A model generated the notes under the pieces. That model searched no databases. It was not told the origin of the DNA and was given only the letters and a program-made list of their open reading frames with translations. The translations under genes were made by a program, and so were the position numbers. 64,000 nucleotides of DNA. Source: Candidatus Oxydemutatoraceae bacterium (GTDB lineage: Bacteria; Pseudomonadota; Gammaproteobacteria; Poriferisulfidales; Oxydemutatoraceae). This document shows, piece after piece, positions 61,101 to 64,000 of this stretch. Each line of letters opens with the position of its first letter. Position 1 is the stretch's first letter. Location of the stretch: contig OZ244779.1 of the NCBI GenBank assembly GCA_965219575.1, positions 1,932,769 through 1,996,768 on the forward strand, in the 5' to 3' direction.

Positions 61101-64000
61101 ATTTCTATCAAACCGTCGTTATCCTTATCAATATCCACAGCTCGAGCTACGCCGTCGTTATCGTCGGCAAATCTTAAGAAAAAAGTACATAACGGCAAAT
61201 TTACCTTAAACGATCCTACAATGCTATAAGAAACGGTACCGCTATCGGATTCGCCGACCGTGATGTCTAGTATAGTGTTGTTGCCTATGGTAATAGGGTT
61301 ACTTTCTCCATGACTACCCTTAGCGGAAAAATAATCAATAACCGGATTTTCTCCTTGTTTGACGATTTTAATCGTTGCATCGGGGTTATAAGCCGTCAAC
61401 CTCAGGACGATATTACGCGTGGTGCCGATAAGCGGAAGAAAGGTTATAACATAATGGGTCGTTGAAACCCCGAAAGTTGGATTCAATCTCGTGTCAACTG
61501 TTAATATCTCTAATTCTCTTAAACCCACGCCCTGACTCGGAAACAAAGTGTTGCTATCGGCATCTTTGAGTATCGGGAATTGATCCGAAGTGCCGAAATC
61601 CCATACCTCGGTACTCCAGTTGCTATAGATCCCGGTTGCCGTCGTCGGTGATTTGAGTGCCTCGGCGGTTTGTGTTACCTGTATAGGAACCCCGGTACCT
61701 CGATTTCCTATCGCATAGCTGTTTGTTATTGTAGCAACGGAATCATTCAACCCGGCTAAACCACCTATGTTTTGTCTCCCGTTAACATTTCCGGTCGCAT
61801 AGCTGTTCGTGATGGTGCCTGAATCTGTATTTATACCGACCAACCCCCCTACTTTATCGTTCCCGTTAACATTTCCCGTCGCATAGCTATTCGTGATAGT
61901 GCCTAAAACCGTATTTATACCGACTAGACCGCCTATTTCATCGTTCCCATTAACATTTCCCGTCGCATAACTATTCGTGATAGAACCTAAAACCGTATTT
62001 ATACCGACTAGACCGCCTATTTCATCGTTCCCGTTAACATTTCCCGTCGCATAACTATTCGTGATAGTGCCTAAATTTGTGTTTATACCGACTAAACCAC
62101 CTGTACTGTCAAAAGTAGACCCGGTAAAATTTACTTTCGCATAGCTATGTGTGATGGCACCATGATTTTGACCGACTAGACCGCCTAAATTCAACAGACC
62201 CTCTGTAACATCTCCTGTTGCATAGCTGTTTGTTATAGTGCCTTGATTCCAACCGACTAAACCTCCTACCACATTTTGCCCTTCAATGTCTACGTTTAGC
62301 AAACCCAGATTAGTAATTTCAGCCTCGGATTCGGTAATACCGAACAAGCCTACTTCATTCAAGCGATCTTTGTTGATCGTCAGATTGGAGATCGTATAGC
62401 CGTTGCCTTCAAATGCTGCATCAAAAGCAGCAACAGAAGAATTCCCAATCGGTTGCCAGCCGTGGTCGGTCGTCCAGGCCGTTTTATTGGCTATTGTACG
62501 GTAGCTATCGTTATCCATGAAGTCCAAGCTTCGTGTTAATTCGAAACCTCGGCATCCATCGGGGGGACAGCCTGTCATTATTATCGGAATACTATCACTC
62601 ATCTTATAACCGGTGCCATCCAAGGCATAGCGCATTTCATCAACACCTTCCAAGTCGCAGATTTCTATCAAACCGTCGTTATCCTTATCAATATCCGTGT
62701 CTTCAAATATGCCGTCGTTATCGTCGGCAAATCTTAACGAAGTAGTACATAACGGCAGATCCATTGCTAACGACGCAACGATGCTATAAGAAATGATACT
62801 GCCATCGGATTCGCCGACCGTGATGTTCAGCATGGTGTTGTCGCCTATGGCGATAGGGTTGCTTGTGCCGCTGCCGCCCTTGCCGACAAAATAATCAATA
62901 GCGGGGTCCTCTCCTTGTTTGACGATTTCAATCGTCGCATCGGGGTGATAGGTTCTCAATCTCAAAACGATGCTCGGCGTGGTGCCGATAAGCGGGAAAA
63001 AAGCTATAACATAATGGGTCGTTGAAACCCCGAAAGTCGGACTCAATGTCATGCCGACTGTTAATAATTCCAGTTCTCTTAACCCCACGCCCTGATTCGG
63101 CAACAAAGTGTTGCTATCCGCATCTTTGAGTACCGGGAATTGATCCGAAGTGCCGAAGTCCCATACCTCGGTACTCCAGTTGCTATAGATCCCGGTTGCC
63201 GTCGTCGGTGATTTGAGTGCCTCGGCGGTTTGTCTTACCTGTATAGGAACCCTGCTAATTGCCCGTCCCGTCGCATAGCTGTTCGTTATTGTGGCACCGA
63301 GACTATTTCGCCCGACTAAACCACCTATATTAGGAACTGCTTGAAATGGATTATCGTCACGAGTGTTGATCTCCGGAACAGAACCTATCGCATAGCTGTT
63401 TGTTATTGTAGCAACGGAATCATTCAACCCGGCTAAACCACCTATGTTTTGTTTCCCGTTAACATTTCCGGTCGCATAGCTGTTCGTAACGGCACCTCGA
63501 TTCAACCCGACTAAACCCCCTATTTCATCGTTACCGTTAACATTTCCGGTCGCATAACTGCTCGTGATAATGCCTGAATCTGTATTTGTACCGACTAAAC
63601 CCCCTATCTCATCGTTACCGCCAACATTTCCGGTCGCATAGCTATGTGTGATGGCACCATGATTCCGACCGACTAAACCTCCTACTATATTTTGTCCTTC
63701 AATGTCTATGTTTAGCAAACCCAGATTAGTAATTTCAGCCTCGGATTCGGTAATACCGAACAAGCCTACTCCATTCAAGCGATCTTTGTTGATCGTCAGG
63801 TTGGAGATGGTGTAGCCGTTGCCTTCAAATGTTGCACCAAAAGAAGCAACAGAAGAATTCCCAATCGGTTGCCAGTCTTGGTCGGTCGTCCAGGCCGTTT
63901 TATTAGCTATTGTGCGGTAGCTATCGTTATCCATGAAGTCCAAGCTCCGTGTTAGTTCGAAACCTCGGCATCCATCGGGGGGACAGCCTGTCATTATTAT
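58136..64000 (-). CDS. Very large GLUG-repeat / cadherin-like / Ig-like protein (>1950 aa; 5' end outside the window)
   Basis: At least 3 GLUG modules (periods 1416 and 1560 bp), DIDKDNDGLIEI motifs, Ig-like C-terminal array; tail IGIHVRIFLEGLLQ. Confidence 0.9.
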   Translation of the reverse strand: MIMTGCPPDGCRGFELTRSLDFMDNDSYRTIANKTAWTTDQDWQPIGNSSVASFGATFEGNGYTISNLTINKDRLNGVGLFGITESEAEITNLGLLNIDIEGQNIVGGLVGRNHGAITHSYATGNVGGNDEIGGLVGTNTDSGIITSSYATGNVNGNDEIGGLVGLNRGAVTNSYATGNVNGKQNIGGLAGLNDSVATITNSYAIGSVPEINTRDDNPFQAVPNIGGLVGRNSLGATITNSYATGRAISRVPIQVRQTAEALKSPTTATGIYSNWSTEVWDFGTSDQFPVLKDADSNTLLPNQGVGLRELELLTVGMTLSPTFGVSTTHYVIAFFPLIGTTPSIVLRLRTYHPDATIEIVKQGEDPAIDYFVGKGGSGTSNPIAIGDNTMLNITVGESDGSIISYSIVASLAMDLPLCTTSLRFADDNDGIFEDTDIDKDNDGLIEICDLEGVDEMRYALDGTGYKMSDSIPIIMTGCPPDGCRGFELTRSLDFMDNDSYRTIANKTAWTTDHGWQPIGNSSVAAFDAAFEGNGYTISNLTINKDRLNEVGLFGITESEAEITNLGLLNVDIEGQNVVGGLVGWNQGTITNSYATGDVTEGLLNLGGLVGQNHGAITHSYAKVNFTGSTFDSTGGLVGINTNLGTITNSYATGNVNGNDEIGGLVGINTVLGSITNSYATGNVNGNDEIGGLVGINTVLGTITNSYATGNVNGNDKVGGLVGINTDSGTITNSYATGNVNGRQNIGGLAGLNDSVATITNSYAIGNRGTGVPIQVTQTAEALKSPTTATGIYSNWSTEVWDFGTSDQFPILKDADSNTLFPSQGVGLRELEILTVDTRLNPTFGVSTTHYVITFLPLIGTTRNIVLRLTAYNPDATIKIVKQGENPVIDYFSAKGSHGESNPITIGNNTILDITVGESDSGTVSYSIVGSFKVNLPLCTFFLRFADDNDGVARAVDIDKDNDGLIEICDLEGVDEMRHVLDGTAYKTSENATVIMTGCPLDGCRGFELTRSLDFMDNDSYRTIANKMAWTAGSGWQPIGNSSVASFAATFEGNGYTISNLMINKNRLNGVGLFGITESEAEITNLGLLNIDIEGQGIVGGLVGWNRGIITNSHATGDVTGGLLNLGGLVGRNHGAIIHSYATVNFIGSTSYGTGGLVGINTNLGTITNSYATGNVSGNDEVGGLVGINTNLGTITNSYATGNVSGNDEIGGLVGINEDSGTITNSYAMGNVNGNDKVGGLVGINTDSGTITNSYAIGNRGTGVPIQVTQTAEALKSPTTATGIYSSWSLEAWDFGTDEQYPAVKYALGDNIGNPACDADPGTPLPDCGSLLPGQREIPNTTPTITTTFPPSITLLEGDSTTLNVVVSDVDGDEPSVEIDSDDSTIAAATIVATDGDTRTIEIIGVGVGTAMITVTANDGKGVANSEVSRQFEVEVEANKVPVLEIVASPEQAIEPSSTVHVVVLLSDSNFDLGDIVTLVAMSSSRTIVSVVPGRTDNITADTRMTFTLGGDKAGMATIIFTATDRKGASTNTEIVVQVNTPPQLVSGRVPERIIATVGEPFELKTGDFFEDADGDALTYSIAIEPSSRLIDNFSTATGIWTFMPTDANASQNTTGSIVTVSVDDGSGGSTQATFTLLIDAPPTALRIAADNDNKWLLRASGLVADANGIATTSYRWFMNDNLIDGATENEYSIPDTKASRTAATSYRLEATVVDNIGQSVTTQSNVYTVANQSPVIESITDTQTIDETADTQNIDAGVTASDANYDDLTYSWSINTGILNDVNESTATWVVPPNFVDAASSNTTVNIEVVVSDGTTATIGMTLMVVNKVNNGSATIGASIEVGSDATTLTATILSGDPDGNPGGAMMYQWQVCIANADCSVEANWNDIAAATGTPYLVMSSSPFLARDNRFRTEASYIDGQGYSEAVYSQGQIYTPLIFTIGIHVRIFLEGLLQ

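Overview
Chromosomal window from a gammaproteobacterium (about 45% GC) that looks streamlined and host-associated; a marine-invertebrate/sponge-symbiont lifestyle is inference only. The core genes are a long minus-strand run (tRNA-Tyr/Gly/Thr, tuf, tRNA-Trp, secE, nusG, rplKAJL, rpoBC, an LMW-phosphatase-like gene, hisC, tyrA, aroA, cmk, rpsA, ihfB, lapB, comEA) plus cfa, mdh, holA-proA-nadD-rsfS-rlmH, xerD-dsbC, addA, lpxB and birA-coaX-nagZ-mscS. The accessory content is (1) three giant paralogous GLUG-repeat/cadherin-like proteins that all end in the same ~14-aa tail ([IV]xIx[VI][KR][VI]FLEG[LF][LM]), a candidate undescribed sorting or assembly signal; (2) IS3-like inverted ends bracketing two of these genes, with a candidate structured RNA upstream; (3) a type III restriction-modification locus; (4) non-coding intergenic elements built by nesting MITE-like ends, GTAG REP palindromes and two other hairpin modules, located at synteny breaks. 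Smaller signals are a 16/19 Fur box, tandem AlgR/LytTR boxes upstream of comEA, an RpoB D516E substitution, tRNA genes lacking encoded CCA, and loss of ribosomal-protein leader regions.
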